From: Callorhinchus milii
Lineage: Eukaryota
Direction of reading: 5' to 3'
Assembly: GCF_018977255.1 (NCBI RefSeq)
Contig: NW_024704743.1
Location: forward strand, 74,526,001 to 74,590,000
Length of the DNA: 64,000 nucleotides
The stretch's first letter is position 1. Each line of letters starts with the position of its first letter. The translations under genes and the position numbers were made by a program. The notes below the pieces were generated by a model. The model was given only the letters and a program-made list of their open reading frames with translations, was not told the DNA's origin and ran no database searches. Of the stretch, positions 49,701 through 61,250 are shown piece after piece.

Positions 49701-52700
49701 ACACTGTAAAGTGAATTGACTGTATATTTGTGGGCGAACGCGGCAGCCAATTGCGCACAGCAATGTCCCACAAACAGTCGTAGATTGAAAATGACCAATT
49801 TATTATTGTTTTTTGTTTTGGAGGGATTATTATTAGGCTCTGTGTGGAGTAAGGAAACTTGCCCAAGGTTTCGCCCGGCCTGGAATTGAACTCAGGTCTC
49901 TCACTTGCAAAGCGAGTGCTCTAACCACTGAGCTACTTTTATCAAATCCAAGGATTATTGTTAGTAGCAATAGCAATTCAACAGAATTACGACAAACACT
50001 TACGACAGAATGGCTTTAGGTTTAGCTTTTCATCCTTAGATACCGGACATTCTTCAACTGACACCTTATCAACATCTACCTCTTGATCTTCCTGGACACC
50101 CTTTTTGTGCTGTGATGAAAAAAAACAAAATGTATTTTTACATTATAATATTTCCAAACAAGAAACTCTTTGTTGTGTGATAGCCTGTTTCTCCTTTTTT
50201 TATTTGAGTGGAACAAAAAACACAGACGTTTATGGGTGACTAGATAGCCAACTGCAGATCCATCTGTTTGGTCAGGACACAGGAGAGAACGAGAGGCTAA
50301 CACTTTCAACAGTATTCAGTAGAGCCAAACCCATTATAGTCTATCTATCCTTCTGCAGACTTGAACAAAGATATACCAAGCGACAAGAGGCCACAGGTTC
50401 AGGATTGTGAAGGGCAATTGCACATCAGACACGTGAATAGAAGGTAATTAATGACTGGAACAGGTTACCAGGAACAATGGTTGAGATCAGGATACTGGAT
50501 CCGATAAAAGAATCATTGTAATGCTGTAATGGAAGGACAGTAAGATGGGTATTCTGTCAGATACAGTATAAGAATGAGATCAAATAGGCCGGAGAGTTCT
50601 AATGGGTGCATCTGAATCTCTCTTGTGATTTATACATTGTGTAATAAGAATTGTCTTTATGGTTGTCCTCACTCTTTAGATGCTGTTACTGAAGGTCACA
50701 GTGGATTTGTTGTCTTCCCCGTCCCAATGCATTTGAGGCCTTTTTTTGCCAACACACCTCTGTCCAGTTGGACGAGGTATGAGCAGAGGCATCTATGAAA
50801 GAAGTAAACACAATCGATGGTGCTTTTCAAACACTCAAGGCCAGAGAATACAAAAGCCAAATGGAATTTGATAAGGTAAAGTTTGAGGGGAACCTCTTTT
50901 AGTTTAATAATAATAATAATAATCCTTGCATTTGATATAGCGCTTTTCACGTCGGGAGGACGTTCCAAAGCGCTTCACAGCTTCACTGTAAAGTGAATTG
51001 ACTGTATATTTGTGGGCGAACGTGGCAGCCAATTGCGGACAGCAATGTCCCACAAACAGTCGTAGATTGAAAATGACCAATTTATTATTGTTTTTGGTTT
51101 TGGAGGGATTATTATTAGGCTCTGTGTGGAGTAAGGAAACTTGCCCAAGGTTTCGCCCTCTGCCTGGAATTGAACTCAGGTCTCTCGCTTGCAAAGCGAG
51201 TGCTCTAACCACTGAGCTACAGGACTCCACAACAGTTTAACCATTTAAATCATTTACCAGCAATCAGTCCAGGTGCACACCCATTCAGCTCGCTTTGTAA
51301 AATCTTGGCTACCTCTTCTAATTCCACTTAACCTCCCTCTCCCCAGGCTTTTCACCTGTAAATGTAACCACTTAACTACCCTGCATTGAGTCAGAATCCA
51401 AGTCATTAATATATAAAAAGGAACAGGAAAGATCCCAGCACAAACACGAGACAATAAATATCTTCTCACATTTCAACCTAGCTTTCCAAATTTCACAAAC
51501 TGCACAGTCAATTCACTTTACAGTATATTTTATGAAGCGCTTTGAGATGTCTTGGAGATGCAATATCAAACGCAAGGATTATTATTAGCTCCACTAATGA
51601 CCACCACTGCTTCCTTCCCTTCCACCAGTCATTAAACCTATGTCTCGATACACCCTGGCATTAGTTCATGAGGTCTTTTGGAAATATAGGTGCACTGTGT
51701 CATACATAACCTCAATTTGAAATGTCACCTCCTTAAAAGGACTGAGGTTTTGCAAACAGGATCTACCCTTTCTGAATCCATGCTGCCTGTCATTTATTTT
51801 AAGAAAAATTCTTATTGATTCAATTAGTTTTTGCGATTACTGAAGTCAGGCTACTGTAGTGCTCAGATATGACTCGGTGCCGTTTTGCTGTAAAATGGAA
51901 AGAACCGTGATTAGTTACAGGATCCTGCATTTTTACAGAACGAACACTAGAATAAAGGGTAAATATTGGTTGTGCTTACCTTCTTTTTATCTTTGTACAG
52001 TTTGATTAATGTTATAAGGTGCTCAATAAGAAACATAAAGTAAAGTCCTCCGAGAGCAGCAAGACCTTTCCACACCGCATTCAAGTGATCCTCTTCGATT
52101 TTAACATGACTGTCGTGGTGAGCGATACCCTGGGACTGTGAACATCAAGAGTACAATTGACTAATAAAAGCACCAACAGTCCCTTTTCAATGCTTAATTC
52201 CACGTGTACGTTTAAAGGTATTTCTTGAAAGAAATTTTTTGTGTGACACCCTAGTTGGTAGCACTCTCGCCTCTGAGTCAGAAGGCTCTGGGTTCAAGAT
52301 CCACGTCTAGGCTGACACTCCATTGCAGTGCTGGGGGTGTGCTTCAATCTTGGCGTCCTTTGGATGAGATGTTAAACCGATGTTATTGGATAATCAATAC
52401 CCTGCAACTTTCTGCATTAATATTTCAGTCACTCCATCCAGTGTGTTTTAATAGTACATAAACTCAAGGGTTCTCTCCTTCCTCTCCACCTCTATCAATG
52501 CTCACTTCACATCACTCTCCTTCCTTCATGCATCTTAATTATACAGTTCTCAGAATTACTATTTACCATGGGCTCCCTAAAATGTACAACAATATCTAAT
52601 CTGGGCCACAATTATCACCAGTGGGAGAAATTCCCTTTTCTTTTCCAATAGTGCCACAGAATTTTTAATGTCTACCCGATGAACAGGCAGACTGGTTTAA

Positions 52701-55700
52701 TGTTTCATCTGAAGGATGTCAGCTCTGACAATGTAGCATTCGTCCAGCATTATTCTGGAGGGTCAGTTGACAAATCAACATTTTGCTTTGTTGAGAGACA
52801 CTAGAGGCAACAGTCATACCCTACAAAGCAGAGTGAGTGCTACATGCACATCTAATGGGGGAGAAATTTACGTATTGCACGTAAAGGTGTCGTAAATAAA
52901 AACCTTGTATTTGCCATATATTTATTGCAGCAAACGGGTTTTTTTTGGGGGGTCAGCTGGGTGTCTGACACATTCGAAACCCATCACCATCACCCAGAGC
53001 ATGAAAACTCAGCTGAGAACTCCATGCATCCCACCTACACGTTTGAAAATGTCACCCGTAGTTTGAATTCAGTTTCAATGTCCAGTGTAGTAGTGACTGT
53101 TATAGGCAAACACGATAGCCCTGGTCCAAATCTGCGACAGTTTTTAGCATGTGTTGTATGTCTTGTATTCAGGCGTCAGCAGAGGCTTGTGAGACAGGCA
53201 GTACTTACATGTGGCAGGAGATGCAAAAACGCATCCCCGCTCAGGGTACCAACGGCTAAAGCCACCAAAAATGTCAACAGGAACTTGAAGAAGGATAGAT
53301 TCATTAAGGGTATAAGGATTATTCCCATCAGAGACAGGAAGCTGATGATTGTGACAGAGACAAAGCCACCGATCCAAACTGTAGCAAAACAGAAAGAGAA
53401 CATTGAATCAATCATCAACCACACTTTCTGAATATTTGTAACTTATTACTGAGCCAATTAAAATTAATTTCAACAACAGGATGCAAAACACAATGACGTA
53501 TAACAAGATTTTTTATTAAGGGATCAGAGCCACCACCCACCCACCCCACCTCCTCCCCGGTAACTGGAAGTAGATTACACAAGACACACAGGAACTCTAT
53601 TCCAAAAGTAGATTGAATTGGTTAATAGGATCACACATTTTTGCTGAACATCACTTTACTGTATATTCTGTGAAACATTTTGAGACCTCTCAACAACGTG
53701 ATAAGGCGCTATATCAAATGAAAGGATTATTATTATTAACTGAAATGCTGGAGTTAAAGCAGGGATCTCACAAGCCTGTAGTTGGAACCCGTGATGCGTA
53801 CACTGGGAAATAAATGCAAGAATCATCTTTACTGAGATCAGCATTGAGAATAGCGTTAGAGCTGGTTTGATACTTTAATTGATTTCACAAATTTGAATGG
53901 CATGTTAGATTCCCGCCCCCCCCCCCTCAACACACACACACATCCTCCATAAGCATACAGAAATTGTTTTTTCAGCAGGAAAATAGTAGAAAGTAGATTT
54001 GTATTTTGCCACGTGTATTATATCTTCTTGTTCATACTTTAACACAAAGAAAGAAAATTGCTTGCCTGCTGCAACAGAAATCTCTGGTCTTGGATTCTCC
54101 GAATGGATCTGTTTATTTCCATGGATGATGCAAACCTTACTGTCAATCTGATCCAACAGAGCTGGGCACAGGTAGCTAAACTGTTCGGAAGTAAGAGTTG
54201 CCTGTGGATGCATTCCATGGGTCAAGAGTAGTTGGGCTGCATTTAGGCACTGCAATGATACAAATATATACACAAATCAAACAAACATCCTGCATTAGAT
54301 TGCAAAGAGTAAAACACAATTCTGCTTCCCATCCACTGCAAGTCTTACATCTGCTTTATTCTTCATTGCACACTGACATACTGCGACCAAAGTCTCAACT
54401 GGCAGCTTGTTCTGCCCTGTTTTCAATCCTGATGTTAAGAGGTTTTGCTCCATCTCAACCTATCCAATTGCCCCAGATGTTATGTTCACCCTAGACTAGT
54501 CACTAGTTGACAAATGCAGGTCAGAGTCCTCACTACGTGGATAGCAGGTACCAGGAAATCCTTGTGAATCATGCATTGAACAAATGCACATTTCCAATAC
54601 ATACACACACATGTATGTATTGCAATTCGTGCCTAAGCTTTACACAACAACAACAAATTCATTTGTGTAGTGCCATTCACATCAGGAGGATGTCCCAAGG
54701 CGCTGAACAATCAGAGATCCGCGCCTGAGCTGGTGGTTGGGAACAGGAGGGGTGGAGGGCAGGGACGGTAGGAGTAAGAGGGTGACCAAAGGCACGGTCG
54801 AAGAGGAGGGTCTTGAAACGGGTCTCGAAGGAGACATGGGAGGGGGGCAGGGGGACTGGGGATGGAGTTCCAGAGGGTGGGGGCAGAGAGGCTCACTGCA
54901 CCTTGCCAGCCTTGCCAATGATGGAGCTGGCAAGGTGAGGGATGTGAAGCAGGCCAGAGCCCGCTAAGCGGAGGGAGCAGACAGGTTGGTAGGAGGTTAG
55001 GAGGTCACAGAGGTGGGAGGTGCAAAGCCCTGGAGGGCTTTGACAGTAACTTATACATAAGTAAATCTGTTGCACGTATATCATTGTGAAGCACTTTGAC
55101 AGGTTCCCCCCAACGTGAAAGGCCCATGCAAATCAAATGCAAGGATTTTTTTAAATTTTATGTCTAATCAATCTTTTTAACAACTGCAAAAATAAAATCT
55201 TTTCAAAATTTGTAAATATATCAAGTCCATGGTCTTATGACTAAAGCAATTTGAATATCTGGGCCACAGATAGGCTTGGGTAATGATTACTTTGTGTTAT
55301 GTGAAACATTGTAAATGTGTTCCAAAGGGATTAAAATTTATATCACTGAATCCAAGAGAGGATTTGTTTTGTCCTCAAACATGGAAGCAGAATAAAGTTT
55401 CACTCATTGTTGAAATGTGTAGAGGTCGTAATGACTGAAATATAATAAAATGATGCAAAGCATCACAATTATATCTGAAGTTAGACTCAAGTCTAATATT
55501 TAATTTGCAAGGAGGCAATTCAGCCCCAAGGAGACCCGCTTAACTACTCTCCCTTCCCTTCTCCCAGAGTTCAGTCACTCGTTGACAATTGCAGGTCTGA
55601 GCCCTCACTAGGTGGATAGTAGGTACCTGGAAACTCTTGTGAACTGCACGTTGAACAAGTGCACATTTCCAATACATACACACATCAGTACACATAGGAC

Positions 55701-57925
55701 ATTGGAGTCCTGTAGCTCAGTGGTTAGAGCACTCGCCTCGCAAGCGAGAGGACCGGGGTTTGAATCCCGGGCAGAGCGAAACGTTGGGCAAGTTTCCTTA
55801 CTCCACACGCCTCTGTTTACCTATCAGCAAGTGGGAACCCAGTTGTTAGTCAATTGATGGATCACTTTTCCAGAGATAATAATTCCTTAGAACAAATTTG
55901 GTCACTCAATCCACAACTGTTTGTGGGACACTGCTATGCACTATTGGCTGCCGCGTTCTGCCCAGAAAATACAGTCAATTCACTTCACAGCATATTCTGT
56001 GAAGCGCTTTGAGACATCTCAAAGACATGATAAAAGCGCTATGTCAAATGCAAGGATTATTATTATTATTAAAGCTGATGCACTTATTTAAAAAAAACAT
56101 TGCTAGCTCTTCAAAGACTCCACTGCTGACTTTCAGTGAATACCCTCAAATACTGTTAGACAGTTCTAGTTTGTTCTGTCATTTGCAATCACAGTAAATC
56201 CATGTGGTTATCAAGAACATTCTATTATTTAGCAGAGTTTGCTGCATTTTTGATGCTGAAAGTTAGTTTGAGAACAGGGCGAGTGGCAGCAACAAAAATA
56301 GCTGTCCAAAGTGAAGCTCTCAATGGGTGCATTTAAATACACAATATTCCACTGCCTGACATTCAACACCAGTAAAATTGTTCACAGAAGCAATGCCCCG
56401 GGGGTGGGGAGAGTTAGACAAATCCGTTGCGTCTGTGCTACTGCTATCTGTTTTTCTAAATCGCTCTTTTGAGTTATAAAACTCAAACCATGTTAGTTCT
56501 TGCCTTCACTTTGAAAGCCCTCCATGACCTTGCTCCTCCCTACCTCTGTGACCCACTAGCTCCATACTGCTCGCCAGAATCTGGCCTGCTCCAGATCGCC
56601 TGCTCGGCCCGCCCCACCATCGGCGGTTCAGCCTTCAGCCTCTCTACCCTCACCCCCTGGAACTCCATCCTACAGTCCCTTCGCCTCACGCGCTCCCTTG
56701 CCTCCTTCAAGGCACGTCTCACAACCTTCCTCTTCCACTGGGCCTTTGGTTACCCTCCTACCCCTATCCTCCCTCCACCCCTCCTGATCCCAACCCCCAG
56801 CTCGGGTGCAACACCTTAATTATCTTATTCAAGGCGCTTTCAAATGTAATTTGGTGTTTTAATGAGTGACATCCTACCATTTACATATTATATGGAAAAA
56901 ACACCAAGACAATAATTATGGAGCTTTGAGCTCGTCATAGTTAACTGATCCCAAACTGAAGTGGTGAAGACAATCCTGTAGGTGGTGTTATTTATATTAA
57001 AAAAAACAGTGGCACCAAACGTCCGTTACAACGCAGATTTCGGGTCGAACCTACAAGAAATCTGCGGTGCAAATGGCTCTTGAAATGGCTTCTGGAATCT
57101 ATTGCTAGCTGATTGGATAAATGGATTTACCTCCTCTTCTGGCACGTCTTTATCACTTTTATGATGACCATTGGTTCCATGTACATCTTCATTCATTTCT
57201 TTCAAAGTAACCGAATCTGCCTGTGTTTGACTGTATGTATTACTACTGGAACCATCTGCTGTAGTGGCAGGTGGATCTTGAGGCATCTCAGTCCAATCTG
57301 CATTTACAGCAGCAGATTTTGTACTCTGAAGACTTCGCACTGGTCTTGCATGTTTTCTGCTTTCAGATCTTTCCATAGCAGTGATGAGAGACTGTTGGGT
57401 GGTACTTAAACTATGGTGGATCTTGTCACGATGCTGCTTTGGATAATGTTCTTTCTTTTTTGGAGCAACCTTGGGAGTGGTTTGTGAGCCACTTCTTAAT
57501 TGAATATGTTGGTGCTCAGGGCAACAGTGGTGATGAATTTCTACGTCAGCTTGTAACTCATGCTCCAGATGGTCATGATCGGAGTCAAAATGCTCACGTT
57601 TAGTTTTCAGCATTCTGGTTCTACCTACTCCCATATTATGTAACAACTTTTCCAACCCCTTGACTGTTAGAGTGCCATTATTTCCATAATGATCAAAAAG
57701 CTTATGCAGGTAGTACTTCTGTTCCCCCACAGCCTTATGCCTGTCCACATTTGCTGTGTTTATATCTGGCTGGAGTATGTGGTCACCATTTTCAAGATCA
57801 TGGTTGTGTTCGCCAACTGCGCAGTCAGAGTCATGGTCTGCGCGGCCTTGGCACCCATTCCAGTAGAAGATCAGGAAACATGACAAGCAAATTCTGCCAT
57901 ATAGATCCCTGTGTAGCCGAGTCAT
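43759..57925 (-). CDS. SLC39A6: Zinc transporter ZIP6 (LIV-1); coding exons 57131-57925, 54066-54249, 53209-53378, 51980-52135, 50004-50109, 49122-49508, 46406-46486, 44925-45115, 43759-43911 (~740 aa)
   Basis: Signal peptide and His-rich ectodomain, CPALLDQID motif, [18 protein letters not shown], His-rich loop [38 protein letters not shown]-1 signature [10 protein letters not shown]. The C-terminus VPEMLHND...FEHKIF is closer to ZIP6 than ZIP10. Exon phases sum to an intact 2223-nt ORF. Confidence 0.93.
44020..44615. mobile_element. Cluster of SINE head (+), L2-like 3' end (+) and SINE tail (-) in the last SLC39A6 intron
   Basis: GGAGTCCTGCAGCTTAGTG head near 44020; reverse SINE body at 44449-44615. 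Confidence 0.7.
45295..46045. mobile_element. Possible solo LTR in an SLC39A6 intron
   Basis: TGTAGT...ACTACA termini 751 bp apart and an internal AATAAA (~45860). No TSD found. Confidence 0.3.
46990..48612 (+). mobile_element. L2-clade LINE 3' fragment interrupted by a 116-bp insert and a CR1 fragment
   Basis: L2 homology at 46990-47630, 47747-47796 and 48397-48612. Confidence 0.85.
47797..48396 (-). mobile_element. CR1-clade LINE 3' fragment
   Basis: [50 protein letters not shown]1-type 3' UTR GAATGGCCTACTCCTGCTCC. Confidence 0.9.
49622..49936 (-). mobile_element. Young tRNA-derived SINE
   Basis: Nearly identical to 7409-7732 and 58472-58793. Confidence 0.9.
50903..51228 (-). mobile_element. 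Young full-length tRNA-derived SINE
   Basis: Complete head (GGAGTCCTGTAGCTCAG) through to the (TTA)n tail on the reverse strand. Confidence 0.9.
54645..55045 (-). mobile_element. L2-clade LINE 3' fragment (similar pieces at 28538-28855 - and 56500-56860 +)
   Basis: APTLWNSIP motif and the shared tail. Confidence 0.8.
55703..56070 (+). mobile_element. Full-length tRNA-derived SINE (longer subfamily)
   Basis: tRNA head, an extra internal segment, and the shared tail. Confidence 0.88.
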
Positions 57926-58471
57926 TCCTGAGGAAAAGGAAAAAGCAGGTAAAAGTCAGAAAACTCTTTATCTGAAAGGAGCTGATCCCACTGTTTTGTA
58001 TTTTTAATGTATTGTTCAGGTCCAGTCTATAAGGTTTCAACATAGCAAATGGGGATCTGGGAACGCAGGGGTATTGAATATAAAAGTAGGAAAGGCATGT
58101 TGAAATTGTATACGACTACAGTTGGGAGTCTTATGTTGAAAGAGAGGAAGTGATAGAAGCGTTTCAGATACTGAAGGAGCAATAACAGGTTATTCGCAGA
58201 AAAACTATTCAGTTGGGGACTTGGTGACAAGGGGCATAGTGTCAGAGTTGTTAGCAGAAGAATCAGGGGAGAGGTTAGAAGGAATTTAAGAGTGTTGAAT
58301 TCATTAACCCAAACAGCTATTGAGGCTGAATCAATAATAATTCAAAAAGGAACCTGATAAAGAACTAAGAATTACAAATATTTAGGGTGAAGTGGGATTA
58401 ACAAAACTAAAAGAAAACAGTTAGGAGTGGATCAGACAAGATATGCCAAATTGCCTCCTTCTATGTATAAT

Positions 58472-58793
58472 TGGAGTCCTGTAGCTCAGTGGTTAGAGCA
58501 CTCGCTTTACAAGCGAGAGACCTGAGTTCAATTCCAGGCAGGGCGAAACCTTGGGCAAGTTTCCTTACTCCACACGCCTAATAATAATCCCTCCAAAACC
58601 AAAAACAATAATAAATTGGTCATTTTCAATCTACGACTGTTTGTGGGACATTGCTGTGCGCAATTGGCTGCCGCGTTCGCCCACAAATATACAGTCAATT
58701 CACTTTACAGTTTGTTCTGTGAAGCGCTTTGGGACGTCCTCCCGACGTGAAAAGCGCTATATCAAATGCAAGGATTATTATTATTATTATTAA
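58472..58793 (+). mobile_element. Young full-length tRNA-derived SINE
   Basis: Nearly identical to 7409-7732. Confidence 0.9.
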
Positions 58794-59334
58794 TTACATA
58801 AATTCTACAGACCATTTGGCTCAACTAGTCCACGTTTGTGTTTATACACAACATGAAACCCCAACCCTAATTCCCTCTAAAGTACTCCTCTATTCCTTTC
58901 TCCCTTATGTATGTGCTGTAAATTTCTGTTTCTATTGCAGTACATCAGGCAATCTACTGAGATAAGATGCTGCATCAAATGTAGGGGCTCATCACTCAAA
59001 TCCGCATGTATCGCCATGATAGTGAAGATTTAATACAAAATGTAGTGTATCTTATGAAGCTCTTTGGTGCGATGTTAAAGACTCTATATTAAATGCAAGG
59101 ATTATTATTATTATTACTCAGCCCTCTAACGTGCTAGCTATATAAATGCAAATGATAATAATAATCTTTGTATCTGGTATAGCGCTTTCCACGTCTTCTA
59201 GACATCTCAAAGCGCTTCACAGAATATACTGTAAAGTGAATTGACCGTATATTTGTGGGCAAAACTATTATTAAGGTCTTCTTGACAAAGTCCCACCAAG
59301 GATGATCACTTGTGTGGCGTCTGGGGAAGAATAC

Positions 59335-59870
59335 ATTAGAATATACAGCACAGAAACACGCCATTCGGCCCAACTGGTCTATGCCGGTGTTTATGCTCCA
59401 CATGAGCCTCCTCCTGCCCTTTCTCAACTGAGCCTTCAAGCATAACCTTCTATTCCTTTCTCTCTCATGTACCTATCTCGCTTCCCCTTAAATATATCTG
59501 AGATGCCGTCTGGCATGGAGGGCGCTATATAAATCCAAGTTGTTGTCGTTGTATCTATGCTATCTGCCTCAACAACTCCTTGTGGTAGCAAGTTCCACAT
59601 TCCCACTACTCTCTGTGTGAAGAAATTTCTTCTAACTTCCCTATCTGATCTATTTGTGACTATTGTATATTGATGGCCCCTGGTATTGGTCTCCCCCCAT
59701 GGTTTTGCCCACAAATATATGGAAACACCTTCTCTATGTCTACCCTATCAAAACCTTTCATAATTTTGAAGATCTCAATCAGGTCACCCCTTACCCTCCA
59801 CAAGCACACGTTCAGCCTTTCCTGATAGCTATAACCTCTTCAGTTCTGGGATTATCCTTGTGAATCTCCA
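59335..59870 (-). mobile_element. CR1-clade LINE 3' fragment with a small L2 tail inserted
   Basis: TRGHQY..RNFFTQRVVGMWNLLP; GGCCGAATGGCGTGTTTCTGTGCTGT 3' end. Confidence 0.8.
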
Positions 59871-60112
59871 AAAACCAAAGGCCTCTGACACCATCTCTAT
59901 GTGCAAATCATGCAAAAGAAGATAACATTTTAAGGCCATTACCTGGGAAGACAATTGGCAAAACGTTGGATCTCCAGACGTTGTATTGTGGAGTGAATAA
60001 GGAACAGGAAGTTTTTAATGCATTTCTATTTAACACTTTTGCTAATAACCAAACCCATGTCTCTCCGGAGCTGCTGCTGCACAGGTGCCCAGTCAGTGCT
60101 GCACACCGACCG

Positions 60113-61010
60113 CACGGGGGGGGGGGGGGAGTGCATGCCCAGCCCGCCGTGCCGTGCCGTGCAGTGGGGGGGGGGGGGGGGGGGGGGGAGTGCATGCCCA
60201 GCCCGCCGTGCCGTGCCGTGCAGTGGGGGGGGGAGTGCATGCCCAGCCCGCCGTGCCGTGCAGTGGGGGGGGGGGGGGGAGTGCATGCCCAGCCCGCCGT
60301 GCCGTGCAGTGGGGGGGGGGGGGGGGGGAGTGCATGCCCAGCCCGCCGTGCCGTGCCGTGCAGTGGGGGGGGGGGGGGGGGGGAGTGCATGCCCAGCCCG
60401 CCGTGCCGTGCCGTGCAGTGGGGGGGGGGGGGGGGAGTGCATGCCCAGCCCGCCGTGCCATGCCGTGCAGTGGGGGGGGGGGGGGGGGAGTGCATGCCCA
60501 GCCCGCCGTGCCATGCCGTGCAGTGGGGGGGGGGGGGGGGGAGTGCATGCCCAGCCCGCCGTGCCGTGCAGTGGGGGGGGGGAGTGCATGCCCCCCACAG
60601 CCCCCGCCATCCACACCCCCACAGCCCCCACAGTCCCCGCCATCCACACCCCCACAGCCCCCACAGCCCCCGCCATCCACACCCCCACAGCCCCCCACAG
60701 CCCCCGCCATCCACACCCCCACAGCCCCACAGTCCCCCCCACCCCCCACAGCCCCACAGTCCCCCCCACACCCTCTGCCCCCCCACACCCCCTGCCCACC
60801 CCCCACACCCCTCACAGCCCCCCCACACCCCCTGCCCACCCCCACACCCCTCACAGCCCCCCCACACCCCCCTGCCCCCCCTCACAGACCCCCCGCCCCT
60901 CCTCACACCCCCATGCCCCCCTCACTGCCCCCCTCACTGCCCCCTCACACCCCACACCCCCTGCCCACCCCCCGCCCCCCCCCCAGCCCCCCACAGCCCC
61001 CCCCGCCCCC
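60113..61010. repeat. Minisatellite GAGTGCATGCCCAGCCCGCC(GTGCC)nGTGCAGT + poly-G (10 copies) followed by C-rich degenerate repeats
   Basis: Seen directly; G-block 60113-60590, C-block 60590-61010. Confidence 0.95.
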
Positions 61011-61028
61011 CACATGTGCCCCTCTCAC

Positions 61029-61250
61029 CTCCGCCGCGCGCTCACACAAAGGACGGTCGCGGGATCAGCGCGCGCTCCGCCACGCATGCGCCGCTCCCTC
61101 GACTCATTCCCAGCGCCCCCCCACGGCGGGTCCCCGCCATGTCACCGCCAGTGTGGACAGGTGGGGCGGGTTCACGGCCAATTGGGCGGGTTTGTGTTGT
61201 GCTGTGAGTGACAAATCGGCGCTGCGGGGGGGGGGGGGGGCGGGGGGTGA
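61029..61250 (-). promoter_or_regulatory. Likely SLC39A6 CpG-rich promoter and non-coding first exon
   Basis: CpG-rich. Donor AG|GTGAGA at 61029/61028, NRF1-like GCGCATGCGT (61082-61091), GC boxes (61163-61170, 61184-61190), CCAAT (61178-61182). The ATG exon has an acceptor 2 nt upstream of the ATG, so an upstream exon is needed. Confidence 0.65.

Noticed and set aside
43759..57925. Assignment as SLC39A10 (ZIP10)
   Set aside because: Length, His-loop wording and the C-terminus MLHNDA..FEHKI agree better with ZIP6 as recalled; a tree would settle it.
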